In this document: in pieces, positions 1-16,859 of the stretch
How positions within the stretch are numbered: position 1 is the stretch's first letter
Layout: each line of letters starts with the position of its first letter
NCBI GenBank assembly: GCA_964016885.1
Contig: OZ024743.1
Coordinates: 241,056,001 to 241,120,000 of the forward strand
Direction of reading: 5' to 3'
From: Eledone cirrhosa
Taxonomy: Eukaryota
Length of the DNA stretch: 64,000 bases
Notes under the pieces: generated by a model
Told to the model about the DNA's origin: nothing
Seen by the model: the letters and a program-made list of their open reading frames with translations, nothing else
Databases searched by the model: none
Translations under genes and position numbers: made by a program

Positions 1-3000
1 CGATCACCACCACCATCAACAACAACATCATCACCACAACCAACAACAAAACCCTATCACCACCACCATCAACAACAACATCATCACAACAACCAACAAC
101 AAAACCCTATCACCACCACCATCAACAACAACATCACCACAATCAACAACAAAACACTATCACCACCACCATCAACAACAACATCATCATCACAAACAAC
201 AACGAAACCCTATCACCACCGCCATCAACAACAACATCATCACAACAACCAACAACAAAACCCTATCACCACCACCATCAACAAAAACATCATCACAACA
301 ACCAACAACAAAACACTATCACCACCACCATCAACAACAACATCACCACAATCAACAACAAAACACTATCACCACCGCCATCATCAACAACATCATCATC
401 ACAACCAACAACAAAACCCTATCACAACCACCATCAACAACAACATAATAACAACAACCAGCAACAAAACCGTATCACCATCAACAACAATATCATCACA
501 ACCAACAAAAAAACCCTATCACCAAGACCATCAACAACAACATCATCACAATGAACAACAAAACCCTATCACCACCTCCATCAACAACAACATCATCACA
601 ACAACCAACAACAAAACCCTATCACCACCACCATCAACAAAAACATCATCAGAACAACCAACAACTAAACCTTATCACCACCACCATCAACAACAACATC
701 ATCACAACAACCAACAACATAAAACCCTATCACCACCACCATCAACAACAACATCATCACAACAACCAAAACAAAACCCTATCACCACCACCATCAACAA
801 AAACATCATCACAACAACCAACAACAAAACCCTATCACCACCACCATCAACAATAACATCATCATCACAACCAACAACAAAACCCTATCACCACCACCAT
901 CAACAACAACATCATCACCACAACCAACAACAAAACCCTATCACCACCACCATCAACAAAAACATCATCACAACAACCAACAACAAACCCTATCACCACC
1001 ACCATCAACAAAAACATCATCACAACAACCAACAACAAAACCCTATCACCACCACCATCAACAAAAACATCATCACAACAACCAACAACAAAACTCGATC
1101 ACCACCACCATCAACAACAACATCATCACCACAACCAACAACAAAACCCTATCACCACCACCATCAACAACAATATCATCACAACAACCAACAACAAAAC
1201 CCTATCACCACCACCATCAACAACAACATAATCACCACAACCAACAATAAACACTATCACCACCACCATCAACAACAACATCATCACAACAACCAACAAC
1301 AAACCCTATCACCACCACGATCAACAACAACATAATCACCACAACCAACAACAAACACTATCACCACCAGCATAACAACAACATCATCACAACAACCACC
1401 AACAAAACCCTATCACCACCACCATCAACAACAATATCATCACAACAACCAACAACAAACACGATCACCACCACCATCAACAACAACATCATCACAACAA
1501 CCAACAACAAAACGCTATCACCACCACCATCAACAACAACATCATCATCGCAACCAACAACAAAACCCTATCACCACCACCATCAACAACAACATCATCA
1601 CCACAACCAACAACAACATCATCACCACAAGCAACAACAACATCATCATCACAACCAACAACAAAACCATATCACCACCACCATCAACAACAACATCATC
1701 ACAACCAACAACAAAACCTTATCACCATCACCATCAACAACAACATCATCACCACCAACAACAACAAAACCCTATCACCACCACGATCAACAAAAACATC
1801 ATCACAACAACCAACAACAAAACACTATCACCACCACCATCAACAACAACATCATCACAACAACAAACAACAAAACACTATCATCACCACCATCAACAAC
1901 AACATCATCATCACAACCAAGAACAAAACCCTATCACCACCACGATCAACAAAAACATCATCACAACAACCAACAACAAAACACTATCACCACCACCATC
2001 AACAACAACATCATCACAACAACAAACAACAAAACACTATCATCACCACCATCAACAACAACATCATCATCACAACCAACAACAAAACCCTATCACCACC
2101 ACCATCAACAACAACATCATCACAACCAACAACAAAACCCTATCACCACCACCATCAACAATGACATCATCACAACCAACAACAAAACCCTATCACAACC
2201 ACCATCAACAACAACATCATCATCACAACGAACAACAAACACTATCACCACCACCATCAACAACAACATTATCACAACAACCAACAACAAAACACTATCA
2301 CCACCACCATCAACAACAACATCATCACAACAACAAACAACAAAACCCTATCACCACCACCATCAACAACGACATCATCACAACCAACAACAAAACCCTA
2401 TCACCACCACCATCAACAACGACATCATCACAACCAACAACAAAACCCTATCACCACCACCATCAACAACAACATCATCATCACAAACAACAACGAAACC
2501 CTATCACCACCGCCATCAACAACAACATCATCACAACAACCAACAACAAAACCCTATCACCATCAACAACAACATCACCACAATCAACAACAAAACACTA
2601 TCACCACCGCCATCATCAACAACATCATCATCACAACCAACAACAAAACCCTATCACAACCACCATCAACAACAACATAATAACAACAACCAGCAACAAA
2701 ACCGTATCACCATCAACAACATCATCACAACAACCACCAACAAAACCCTATCACCACCACCCTCAACAACAATATCATCACAACAACCAACAACAAACAC
2801 GATCACCACCACCATCAACAACAACATCATCACAACAACCAACAACAAAACGCTATCACCACCACCATCAACAACAACATCATCATCGCAACCAACAACA
2901 AAACCCTATCACCACCACCATCAACAACAACATCATCATCACAACCAACAACAAAACCCTGTCACCACCACCATCAACAACAACATCATTATCACAACCA

Positions 3001-6000
3001 ACAACAAAACCCTATCACCACCACCATCAACAACAACATCATCACAACAACCAACAACAAAACACTATCACCACCACCATCAACAACAACATCATCATCA
3101 CAACCAACAACAAAACCCTGTCACCACCACCATCAACAACAACATCATCATCACAACCAACAACAAAACCCTATCACCACCACCATCAACAACAACATCA
3201 TCATCACAACCAACAACAAAACACTATCACCACCACCATCAACAACAACATCATCACAACAACCAACAACAAAACACTATCACCACCACCATCAACAACA
3301 ACATCATCATCACAACCAACAACAAAACCCTATCACCACCACCATCAACAACAACATCATCACAACAACCAACAACAAAACACTATCACCACCACCACCA
3401 ACAACAACATCATCATCACAACCAACAACAAAACCCTATCACCACCACTAGCAACAACAACATCATCACCACAACCAACAACAAAACCCTATCACCACCA
3501 CCATCAACAACAACATCATCATCACAACCAACAACAAAACCCTATCACCACCACCATCAACAATAACATCATCACAACAACCAACAACAAAACCCTATCA
3601 CCACCACCATCAACAACAACATCATCACAACCAACAACAAAACCCTATCACCACCACCATCAACAACAACAACATCACAACAACCTACAACAAAACCCTA
3701 TCACCACCACCATCAACAACAATATCATCACAACAACCAACAACAAACACGATCACCACCACCATCAACAACAACATCATCACAACAACCAACAACAAAA
3801 CGCTATCACCACCACCATCAACAACAACATCATCATCGCAACCAACAACAAAACACTATCACCACCACCATCAACAACAACATCATCACCACAACCAACA
3901 ACAACATCATCACCACAAGCAACAACAACATCATCATCACAACCAACAACAAAACCATATCACCACCACCATCAACAACAACATCATCACAACCAACAAC
4001 AAAACCTTATCACCATCACCATCAACAACAACATCATCACCACCAACAACAACAAAACCCTATCACCACCACGATCAACAAAAACATCATCACAACAACC
4101 AACAACAAAACACTATCACCACCACCATCAACAACAACATCATCACAACAACAAACAACAAAACACTATCATCACCACCATCAACAACAACATCATCATC
4201 ACAACCAAGAACAAAACCCTATCACCACCACCATCAACAACAACATCATCACAACAACCAACAACAAAACCCTATCACCACCACCATCAACAATGACATC
4301 ATCACAACCAACAACAAAACCCTATCACAACCACCATCAACAACAACATCATCATCACAACGAACAACAAACACTATCACCACCACCATCAACAACAACA
4401 TTATCACAACAACCAACAACAAAACACTATCACCACCACCATCATAATCATATCATCACAACAACAAACAACAAAACCCTATCACCACCACCATCAACAA
4501 CGACATCATCACAACCAACAACAAAACCCTATCACCACCACCATCAACAACGACATCATCACAACCAACAACAAAACCCTATCACAACCACCATCAACAA
4601 CAACATTATCATCACAACGAACAACAAACACTATCACCACCACCATCAACAACAACATTATCACAACAACCAACAACAAAACCCTATCACCACCACCATC
4701 AACAGCAACATCATCACCACAACCAACAACAAATCCCTATCACCACCACCATCAACAACAACATCACCACAATCAACAACAAAACACTATCACCACCACC
4801 ATCAACAACAACATCATCATCACAAACAACAACGAAACCCTATCACCACCGCCATCAACAACAACATCATCACAACAACCAACAACAAAACCCTATCACC
4901 ATCAACAACAACATCACCACAATCAACAACAAAACACTATCACCACCGCCATCATCAACAACATCATCATCACAACCAACAACAAAACCCTATCACAACC
5001 ACCATCAACAACAACATAATAACAACAACCAGCAACAAAACCGTATCACCATCAACAACATCATCACAACAACCACCAACAAAACCCTATCACCACCACC
5101 CTCAACAACAATATCATCACAACAACCAACAACAAACACGATCACCACCACCATCAACAACAACATCATCACAACAACCAACAACAAAACGCTATCACCA
5201 CCACCATCAACAACAACATCATCATCGCAACCAACAACAAAACCCTATCACCACCACCATCAACAACAACATCATCATCACAACCAACAACAAAACCCTG
5301 TCACCACCACCATCAACAACAACATCATTATCACAACCAACAACAAAACCCTATCACCACCACCATCAACAACAACATCATCACAACAACCAACAACAAA
5401 ACACTATCACCACCACCATCAACAACAACATCATCATCACAACCAACAACAAAACCCTGTCACCACCACCATCAACAACAACATCATCATCACAACCAAC
5501 AACAAAACCCTATCACCACCACCATCAACAACAACATCATCATCACAACCAACAACAAAACACTATCACCACCACCATCAACAACAACATCATCACAACA
5601 ACCAACAACAAAACACTATCACCACCACCATCAACAACAACATCATCATCACAACCAACAACAAAACCCTATCACCACCACCATCAACAACAACATCATC
5701 ACAACAACCAACAACAAAACACTATCACCACCACCATCAACAACAACATCATCATCACAACCAACAACAAAACCCTATCACCACCACTAGCAACAACAAC
5801 ATCATCACCACAACCAACAACAAAACCCTATCACCACCACCATCAACAACAACATCATCATCACAACCAACAACAAAACCCTATCACCACCACCATCAAC
5901 AATAACATCATCACAACAACCAACAACAAAACCCTATCACCACCACCATCAACAACAACATCATCACAACCAACAACAAAACCCTATCACCACCACCATC

Positions 6001-9000
6001 AACAACAACAACATCACAACAACCTACAACAAAACACTATCACCACCACCATCAACAACAACATCATCATCACAAACAACAACAAAACCCTATCACCACC
6101 GCCATCAACAACAACATCATCACAACAACCAACAACAAAACCCTATCACCACCACCATCAACAACAACATCATCATCACAACCAACAACAAAACCCTATC
6201 ACCACCACCATCAACAATAACGTCATCACCACAACCAACAACAAAACCCTATCACCACCACCATCAACAACAACATCATCACAACAACCTACAACAAAAC
6301 ACTATCACCACCATCATCAACAACAACATCATCATCACAACCAACAACAAAACCCTATCACCACCACCATCAACAACAACATCATCACAACAACCAACAA
6401 CAAAACACTATCACCACCACCATCAACAACAACATCATCATCACAACCAACAACAAAACCTATCACCACCACCATCAACAACAACATCATCACAACAACC
6501 AACAACAAAACACTATCACCACCACCATCAACAACAACATCATCATCACAACCAACAACAAAACCCTATCACCACCACCATCAACAACAACATCATCACC
6601 ACAACCAACAACAAAACCCTATCACCACCACCATCAACAACAACATCATCATCACAACCAACAACAAAACCCTATCACCACCACCATCAACAATAACATC
6701 ATCACAACAACCAACAACAAAACCCTATCACCACCACCATCAACAACAACATCATCATCACAACCAACAACAAAACCCTATCACCACCACCATCAACAAC
6801 AACAACATCACAACAACCTACAACAAAACACTATCACCACCACCACCAACAACAACATCATCATCATAAACAACAACAAAACCCTATCACCACCGCCATC
6901 AACAACAACATCATCACAACAACCAACAACAAAACCCTATCACCACCACCATCAACAACAACATCATCACAACAACCAGCAACAAAACCCTATCACCACC
7001 ACCATCAACAACAACATCATCATCACAACCAACATCAAAACCCTATCACCACACCATCAACATCATCACAACCAACAACAAAACCTTATCACCACCACCA
7101 TCAACAACACCATCAACAACAACATCATCATAACCAACAACAAAACCCTATCACCAAGACCATCAACAACAACATCATCACAATCAACAACAAAACCCTA
7201 TCACCACCACCATCAACAACAACATCATCACAACAACCAACAACAAAACCCTATCACCACCACCATCAACAACAACATCATCACAACCAACAACAAAACC
7301 CTATCACCACCACCATCAACAACAACATCATCATCACAACCAACAACAAAACCCTATCACCACCACCATCAACAACAACAACATCACAACAACCAACAAC
7401 AAAACCCTATCACCACCACCATCAACAACAACATCATCACAACAACCAACAACAAAACACTATCACCACCACAATCAACAACAACATCATCATCACAACC
7501 AACAACAAAACCCTATCACAACCACCATCAACAACAACATCATCATCACAACCAACAACAAAACCCTGTCACCACCACCATCAACAACAACATCATCATC
7601 ACAACCAACAACAAAACCCTATCACCACCACCATCAACAACAACATCATCATCACAACCAACAACAAAACACTATCACCACCACCATCAACATCAACATC
7701 ATCACAACAACCAACAACAAAACACTATCACCACCACCATCAACAACAACATCATCATCACAACCAACAACAAAACCCTATCACCACCACCATCAACAAC
7801 AACATCATCACAACAACCAACAACAAAACACTATCACCACCACCATCAACAACAACATCATCATCACAACCAACAACAAAACCCTATCACCACCACTAGC
7901 AACAACAACATCATCACCACAACCAACAACAAAACCCTATCACCACCACCATCAACAACAACATCATCATCACAACCAACAACAAAACCCTATCACCACC
8001 ACCATCAACAATAACATCATCACAACAACCAACAACAAAACCCTATCACCACCACCATCAACAACAACATCATCACAACCAACAACAAAACCCTATCACC
8101 ACCACCATCAACAACAACATCATCATCACAACTAACAACAAAACACTATCACCACCACCATCAACAACAACATCATCACAACAACCAACAACAAAACCCT
8201 ATCACCACCACCATCAACAACAACATCATCATCACAACCAACAACAAAACCCTATCACCACCACCATCAACAACAACATCATCACAACAACCAACAACAA
8301 AACACTATCACCACCACCATCAACAACAACATCATCATCACAACCAACAACAAAACCCTATCACCACCACTAGCAACAACAACATCATCACCACAACCAA
8401 CAACAAAACCCTATCACCACCACCATCAACAACAACATCATCATCACAACCAACAACAAAACCCTATCACCACCACCATCAACAATAACATCATCACAAC
8501 AACCAACAACAAAACCCTATCACCACCACCATCAACAACAACATCATCATCACAAACAACAACAAAACCCTATCACCACCGCCATCAACAACAACATCAT
8601 CACAACAACCAACAACAAAACCCTATCACCACCACCATCAACAACAACATCATCATCACAACCAACAACAAAACCCTATCACCACCACCATCAACAATAA
8701 CGTCATCACCACAACCAACAACAAAACCCTATCACCACCACCATCAACAACAACATCATCACAACCACCTACAACAAAACACTATCACCACCACCATCAA
8801 CAACAACATCATCATCACAACCAACAACAAAACCCTATCACCACCACCATCAACAACAACATCATCACAACAACCAACAACAAAACACTATCACCACCAC
8901 CATCAACAACAACATCATCATCACAACCAACAACAAAACCCTATCACCACCACCATCAACAACAACATCATCACAACAACCAACAACAAAACACTATCAC

Positions 9001-11020
9001 CACCACCATCAACAACAACATCATCATCACAACCAACAACAAAACCCTATCACCACCACCATCAACAACAACATCATCACAACAACCAACAACAAAACAC
9101 TATCACCACCACCATCAACAACAACATCATCATCACAACCAACAACAAAACCCTATCACCACCACCATCAACAACAACATCATCACCACAACCAACAACA
9201 AAACCCTATCACCACCACCATCAACAACAACATCATCATCACAACCAACAACAAAACCCTATCACCACCACCATCAACAATAACGTCATCACCACAACCA
9301 ACAACAAAACCCTATCACCACCACCATCAACAACAACATCATCACAACAACCTACAACAAAACACTATCACCACCACCATCAACAACAACATCATCATCA
9401 CAAACAACAACAAAACCCTATCACCACCGCCATCAACAACAACATCATCACAACAACCAACAACAAAACCCTATCACCACCACCATCAACAACAACATCA
9501 TCACAACAACCAGCAACAAAACCCTATCACCACCACCATCAACAACAACATCATCATCACAACCAACATCAAAACCCTATCACCACACCATCAACATCAT
9601 CACAACCAACAACAAAACCTTATCACCACCACCATCAACAACAACATCATCATAACCAACAACAAAACCCTATCACCAAGACCATCAACAACAACATCAT
9701 CACAATCAACAACAAAACCCTATCACCACCACCATCAACAACAACATCATCACAACCAACAACAAAACCCTATCACCACCACCATCAACAACAACATCAT
9801 CATCACAACCAACAACAAAACCCTATCACCACCACCATCAACAACAACAACATCACAACAACCTACAACAAAACACTATCACCACCACCATCAACAACAA
9901 CATCATCATCACAAACAACAACAAAACCCTATCACCACCGCCATCAACAACAACATCATCACAACAACCAACAACAAAACCCTATCACCACCACCATCAA
10001 CAAAAACATCATCACAACAACCAACAACAAAACCCTATCACCACCACCATCAACAATAACATCATCATCACAACCAACAACAAAACCCTTTCACCACCAC
10101 CATCAACAACAACATCATCACCACAACCAACAACAAAACCCTATCACCACCACCATCAACAAAAACACCATCACAACAACCAACAACAAAACCCGATCAC
10201 CACCACCATCAACAACAACATCATCACCACAACCAACAACAAAACCCTATCACCACCACCATCAACAACAACAACATCACAACAACCAACAACAAAACCC
10301 TATCACCACCACCATCAACAACACCATCATCACAACAACCAACAACAAATCCCTATCACCACCACCATCAACAACAACATCACCATCACAACCAACAACA
10401 AAACCCTATCACCACCACCATCAACAACAACATCATCACAACAACCAACAACAAATCCCTATCACCACCACCATCAACAACAACATCACCATCACAACCA
10501 ACAACAAAACCCTATCACCACCACCATCAACAACAACATCATCACAACAACCAACAACAAATCCCTATCACCACCACCATCAACAACATCATCACCATCA
10601 CAACCAACAACAAAACCCTATCACCACCACCATCAACAAAAACACCATCACAACAACCAACAACAAAACCCTATCACCACCACCATCAACAACAACATCA
10701 TCACAACAACCAACAACAAAACCCTGTCACCACCACCATAAACAACAACATCACCATCACAACCAACAACAAAACCCTATCACCACCACCATCAACAACA
10801 ACATCATCACAACAACCAACAACAAAACCCTATCACCACCACCATCAACAACAACATCATCACAACAACCAACAACAAATCCCTATCACCACCACCATCA
10901 ACAACAACATCACCATCACAACCAACAACAAAACCCTATCACCACCACCACCAACAACAACATCATCATCACAACCAAAACAAACCCCTATCACCACCGC
11001 CACCATCAACAGAAACAACA
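1..11020. repeat. 53-bp tandem satellite (about 200 units), running off the left edge
   Basis: Unit AAAACCCTATCACCACCACCATCAACAACAACATCATCACAACAACCAACAAC recurs with a 53-bp period (ACCCTAT at 51 and 104), with 50-bp variants. The + strand is almost G-free. The long ORFs here are frame-rotating translations of the unit. Confidence 0.97.
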
Positions 11021-11129
11021 GCATTATCAATAGCCATACTTCGAGGAACACCAATACGAATGATGTCATCATTTAGATGATGATGATATCGTTTCTGTTA
11101 CTACACGATCACTCAATACTGGACCGTAT

Positions 11130-11730
11130 CACTGAGACCCTACACTCAACATAGGACCCTACCAATCAATGTGAGATCCTACACTTAACATAGGACCCTA
11201 TCACTCAATGTGAGACCCTATATTAAACATAGGACTCTATCACTCAATGTGAGACGCTACACTCAACATAGGTCCCTATCACTCAATGTGAGACCCTAAC
11301 ACTCAACATAGGATCCTATCACTCAATGTGAGACCATACACTCAACATAGGACCCTATCACTTAATGTGAGACCCTATCACCCAACATAGGACCCTATCC
11401 CTCAATGTGAGACCCTACACTCAACATAGGGCCCTATCACTCGATGTCAGACCCTACCACTCAACATAGGACCCTATCACTCAATGTGAGACCCTACACT
11501 CAACATAGGATCCTACCACTCAATGTGAGACCCTATCACACAACATAGGACCATAACACTCAATGTGAGATCCTATCTCTCAACATAGGACCCTATCACT
11601 CAATGCGAGACCCTATCACTAAATATGAGACCCTATCACTCAACATAGGACCCTATGACTCAATATGGGAGCTATCACTCAATATGGGAGCTATCACGCA
11701 ATATGGGAGCTTTCACTCAATTTGGGAGCC
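11130..11730. repeat. ~39-40-bp minisatellite, a dimer of ~20-bp subunits
   Basis: GAGACCCTACACTCAACATAG-GACCCTATCACTCAATGT repeated about 13 times, decaying to ~19-bp GGGAGCTATCACTCAATAT units at the right end. Confidence 0.9.
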
Positions 11731-11812
11731 TACATACGGTCACCCAACCTAGAAAACACCGCAACCAACCGTCACTATTATATCACATTCATCATTTTCG
11801 TTGATTTTTAAG

Positions 11813-12008
11813 GGCCGTGGAGTGGTAATATCAGTAAAGCGTTGGAAATTATGCTTCTCAGCATAACGTTACGGCCCTTTACATTCTGAGTTCAAAGCTT
11901 TCATTTTTACAGGGTCGATAAAATAAAGTACCAGTTATGCACTGGGATAATCGACTTTCCCCCCTCCCAAATTGCTGGCCTTGTGCCTATATAAGAAACC
12001 ATTATTCT
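11813..12008 (+). mobile_element. tRNA-type SINE (family A), diverged
   Basis: GAGTTCAAA B-box-like motif, GGGTCGATAAAATAAAGTACCAG core, TTGCTGGCCTTGTGCC...AGAAAC and ATT tail; matches the copies at 48340 and 52505. Confidence 0.8.
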
Positions 12009-12057
12009 TTATTCTTCCGTCATAGAATAACGATCAATATATAATCAACGAAAATAA

Positions 12058-12268
12058 TGATTTCTAGTATAGGCACAAGGCCAATAATTTGGGGAATCGA
12101 AAAGCCGATTAAACCGAGCCCAGTACGTTACTGGTACTTTATTTTATCGAACCCTAAGGATTAAAGGCAAAGTTAACCCCGACGGGATTTGAACTCAAAC
12201 CGTAAAAGGACGTAACTATGCTAGAAAGCATGGCGTCCAACCCTCTACCGATACTGCCAATTCACCGC
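12058..12268 (-). mobile_element. tRNA-type SINE (family A), near full length
   Basis: Reverse complement reads GCGGTGAATTGGCAGTATCGGTAGAGGG...GAGTTCAAATCCCG...GTTAACTTTGCCTTT...TCGATAAAATAAAGTACCAG; tail-to-tail with the previous copy. Confidence 0.85.
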
Positions 12269-12419
12269 AAAGAATAAAGATCAATGAAACCAGAATAGGT
12301 GTGCTGGATGAGGGTTGATATGGAGTTAAACAACAATAGTAAGAGTGGCCCCAGTGTGAGGAGGAGTATAGTAATGAGGTGTGGGAGAGGGACTATAGAA
12401 GTGAGGAGTGGGAGTATTA

Positions 12420-12690
12420 CAGAGTAGTAGTATGAGTACTACTGTGAGGAGTACTAGTAAGAGTATTAGTGTGCAGTAGTAGTGGGAGGAGTATAACAGT
12501 AAAGAGTAGTAGTAGTGGGAGGAGTATAACAGTAAAGAGTAGTAGTAGGAGTATCGAAGTGAGTAGTAGTAGTAGTAGTAGTAGTAATAGTAGTAGTAGT
12601 AGTAGTGGGAGGAGTATAACAGTAAAGAGTAGTAGTAGGAGTATCGAAGTGAGTAGCAGTAGTAGTAGTAGTTGTTGTAGTAGTGTAGAA
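12420..12690. repeat. (AGT)n-based compound repeat
   Basis: AGT runs interleaved with repeated GGGAGGAGTATAACAGTAAAG and GGAGTATCGAAGTG blocks. Confidence 0.85.
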
Positions 12691-12824
12691 GAGAAGAGTA
12701 AACTTGCTGAAATATTCAACGAAACATGAAGGTGTGGTTTTAACTTAAAGTTAAAAGAAGAAATATTAAATTAAACGACATTTCATAATTAAAATTAAAC
12801 AGAACTTTTTGGAAGATATTAATA

Positions 12825-14400
12825 GTGGTGGTGGTGGTGGTGGTGGTGATGTGGTGGTGATGTGGTGGTAGTGGTGATGGTGGTGGTGATGTGGTGGTGG
12901 TGGTGATGGTGATTGTGGTGGTGGGTGGTGGTAGTGGTGGTGGTGGTGGTGATGGTGGTGGCTGTGGTGGTGGTGGTGGTAGTGAGGTGGTGGTGATGTG
13001 GTGGTAGTGGTGATGGTGGTGGTGATGTGGTGCTAATGATTGTGGTGGTGGTGGTGTTGGTGATTGTGGTGGTGGTGGTAGTGGTGGTGGTGGTGATGGT
13101 GGTGGTGGTGATGGTGGTGGCAGTGGTGGTGGTGGTGGTGGTGGTGGTAGTTGTGGTGGTGGTGGTGGTGGTGGTAGTTGTGGTGGTGGTGGTGGTTTTG
13201 GTGGTAGTGGTTTTGGTGGTGGTAGTAATGGTGATTGTGGTGGTGGTGATTGTGGTGGTGATGGTGGTGGTGGTGATTGTGGTGGTGGTGGTGGTGGTTT
13301 TGGTGGTGGTGGTGGTGGTGATTGTGGTGGTGATGGTGGTGGTGGTGATTGTGGTGGTGGTGGTGGTTTTGGTGGTGGTGGTGGTGGTGGTGATGGTGAT
13401 TGTGGTGGTGGGTGGTGGTAGTGGTGGTGGGTGGTGGTGATGGTGGTGGCTGTGGTGGTGGTGGTGGTAGTGAGGTGGTGGTGATGTGGTGGTAGTGGTG
13501 ATGGTGGTGGTGATGTGGTGCTAATGATTGTGGTGGTGGTGGTGTTGGTGATTGTGGTGGTGGTGGTAGTGGTGGTGGTGGTGATGGTGGTGGTGGTGAT
13601 GGTGGTGGCTGTGGTGGTGGTGGTGGTGGTGGTAGTTGTGGTGGTGGTGGTGGTTTTGGTGGTAGTGGTTTTGGTGGTGGTAGTAATGGTGATTGTGGTG
13701 GTGGTGGTGGTGAAGTGGTGGTGGTGATTGTGGTGGTGATGGTGGTGGTGGTGATTGTGGTGGTGGTGGTGGTGGTTTTGGTGGTGGTGGTGGTGGTGAT
13801 GGTGGTGATTGTCGTGGTGGTTTTGGTGGTGGTGGTGGTGGTGGTGTTGGTGGTGGTGGTTTTGGTGGTGGTGGTGGTGGTGGTGGTGATGATGCTGATT
13901 GTAGTGGTATTGGTAGTGGTGAGGATGGTGGTGGCTGTAGTGGTGGTGATGGTGATTGTGGTGGTGGTGGTAGTGGTAGTGGTGAGGATGGTGGTGGCTG
14001 TAGTGGTGGTGATGGTGATTGTGGTGGTGGTGGTAGTGGTAGTGGTGGTGATGGTGGTGGCTGTAGTGGTGGCGATGGTGATTTTGGTGGTGGTGGTAGT
14101 GGTAGCGGTGGTAATGGTGGTGGCTGTGGTGGTGGTGATGGTGATTGTGGTGGTGGTGGTGGTGGTAGTGGTAGTGGTGGTGATGGTGGTGGCTGTGGTG
14201 GTAGTAGTGTTAGTAGTTGTGGTGGTCATTGTGGTGGTGGTGGTGATGGTGGTCATGGTGGCGATGTTATTGTGGTTGGATTGGTGGATGTGATGCGCCG
14301 CTTGGTTGCGTTTATGATAGTGGTAGGGTGTTTATGATGGTGCTATTGGTGGTGTTTATAATAATAATAGTGGTGGTGGTGGTGGTGGTGGTGGTTGGTT
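12825..14400. repeat. Degenerate (GGT)n tract with an internal ~488-bp duplication
   Basis: GGT/GAT/AGT triplets; the same sequence starts at 13027 and 13515. Confidence 0.9.
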
Positions 14401-14739
14401 TGGTATTCACTATGATGGTGGCGGAGTTTATGAACGTGGTGATGATAGTTGTGGCGTTAGTGTTTATGATAGCGATTTGTATTTGTAAGAAGTGTTGGTG
14501 TTTATGATAGTGATGGTGTTGGTAGTTGCGATGGTGATGGTTAGGGTGTTTCTGTTGTTTGTGACGGTTTTGTTGGCGATAGTGTTTGTGTGAATATTGT
14601 GTAATTGTGGTTGGTGTTTCATTTGTTGTAGTGGTAGTGGTGTGTGGTATGGTGGTATTTGTGGTTAGGGTGGGTAATAGTGGTGTTTATTTTCGTATAA
14701 AAGTGATTGTTTGAGAGAACGATGGGGAAGGAGAGGAGG

Positions 14740-15140
14740 AACAAATGTATAATAAACAAAATGAACGACGTCAACATGGGCTCGTTTGACAGAGCGGGAG
14801 ATGAATCCTGTCACATCTCCCTCCATAATGTTTAAGAATTTAGTCAAAAATATAAGTAGAAGAATATTCAGCAGAGTTGTATTCGACAAGGCAGCTTCCC
14901 GTATAACGACACCCTAGAAGCGAATGAATTTTAAGAAGTTCAGCTACAATCACTGCCCATGACTAATGAAAAAGAAAAGCCATCGAAACATCATCAGCTT
15001 CATGCTGGCCTTCTCATTGTACAGCAAATCTAATTTCACTAAAACCTTCCTAGCACTAAGAAGCACCTCACTGCTAGCCCTTTATAGTGGAGCCGTGCGA
15101 ACTTTTTCTTGTAACTATATGACTGAGATAAGAAATTGTG
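14740..15140 (+). pseudogene. Old PLE relic (thumb/linker region)
   Basis: Pieces PSIMFKNLVKNISRRI, VFDKAA..YND and KSHRNIISFMLAFSLYSKSNFTKTFLAL align by eye to HPRSVKNTIVNSVQKRIS, IFDEKAQYYNDAL and RTRNIIWFAPPFSLNIKTHIAKLFFKAL of the PLE at 44143-45078. Confidence 0.65.
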
Positions 15141-15809
15141 TATGTCAGCGTGTTTCTGTATGACTATTTGAAAGTGTTACAGATATATATATATCTGTAA
15201 TATAAATTTATCACATTCATATGAATTAATATAATTTTATCCCTATAATTATACTTATCAATTAATTTAATTTCCTGTTATGTATCTAGATTCCTTGTAG
15301 TTTAAACAAGATTGGTATTTCTCACTAATACCCTTATCCCCCCCCCCCTATTTTTTTCCTTCGTTTTTAACAACATTCTTTAATAACATCAAATAATCGT
15401 GTACACTTCACTATCTTCTTGACTTCACCTCATTTTCTCCTCCCCATTGTATTCTTTTCATTCAAAGCATTAATCTGCACTCCTCCACTCCTAGATTTAA
15501 TTTCTACTACTGTTATTCTATCAACTTGACCTCTAAATCATTTCTATTGGTCATATCAAAACCTGTTCCCTAACAGACTCTTTATATCAATTCTTTGTTT
15601 TTTTCAATAAACACATCTCATCATTTCTGAGGACCGCATGTATATGTGAAGGTATGTATATTTTGTCTGATAATTTGTAATATTTTTACATAGATCTTAA
15701 ACATGATATACATACCAACACACATATACATCCCAGAAACGATCGTAAAATGATGAATTGTTTTATATAAGGAACTTGTTCTTTGTTTTTATTTCATTGT
15801 TTTTATTAA

Positions 15810-16590
<781 letters not shown>

Positions 16591-16859
16591 ACAGATCACA
16601 TACGTTACACTTGAAAGTTACAAAATATTGCGTTGCATGATATATTTCTCCAGAATAACCTTACAGAAAGTCATTCTATACAGATATGGAGCCACTCCGT
16701 AGTACGTTGATCCGCTAGAAAAAAGCTGTCAAACCTCCATTAAACGAGACCTTACTCTATTAAAGACGGAAGGAGTCATAATGTAGGCCCAGATACTCCC
16801 TATCGAAAAAATACTCCCTGTCCCCCAAATACTCCATATCCAACAGAAAATCACTCTCG

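Noticed and set aside
551-6869. ORFs of 101, 711 and 858 aa rich in His/Gln/Thr
   Set aside because: Translations of the 53-bp satellite, which lacks stop codons by composition; no gene structure.
12417-14293. Poly-V, poly-T/P/H and poly-S ORFs (mucin- or extensin-like)
   Set aside because: Trinucleotide repeat artefacts.
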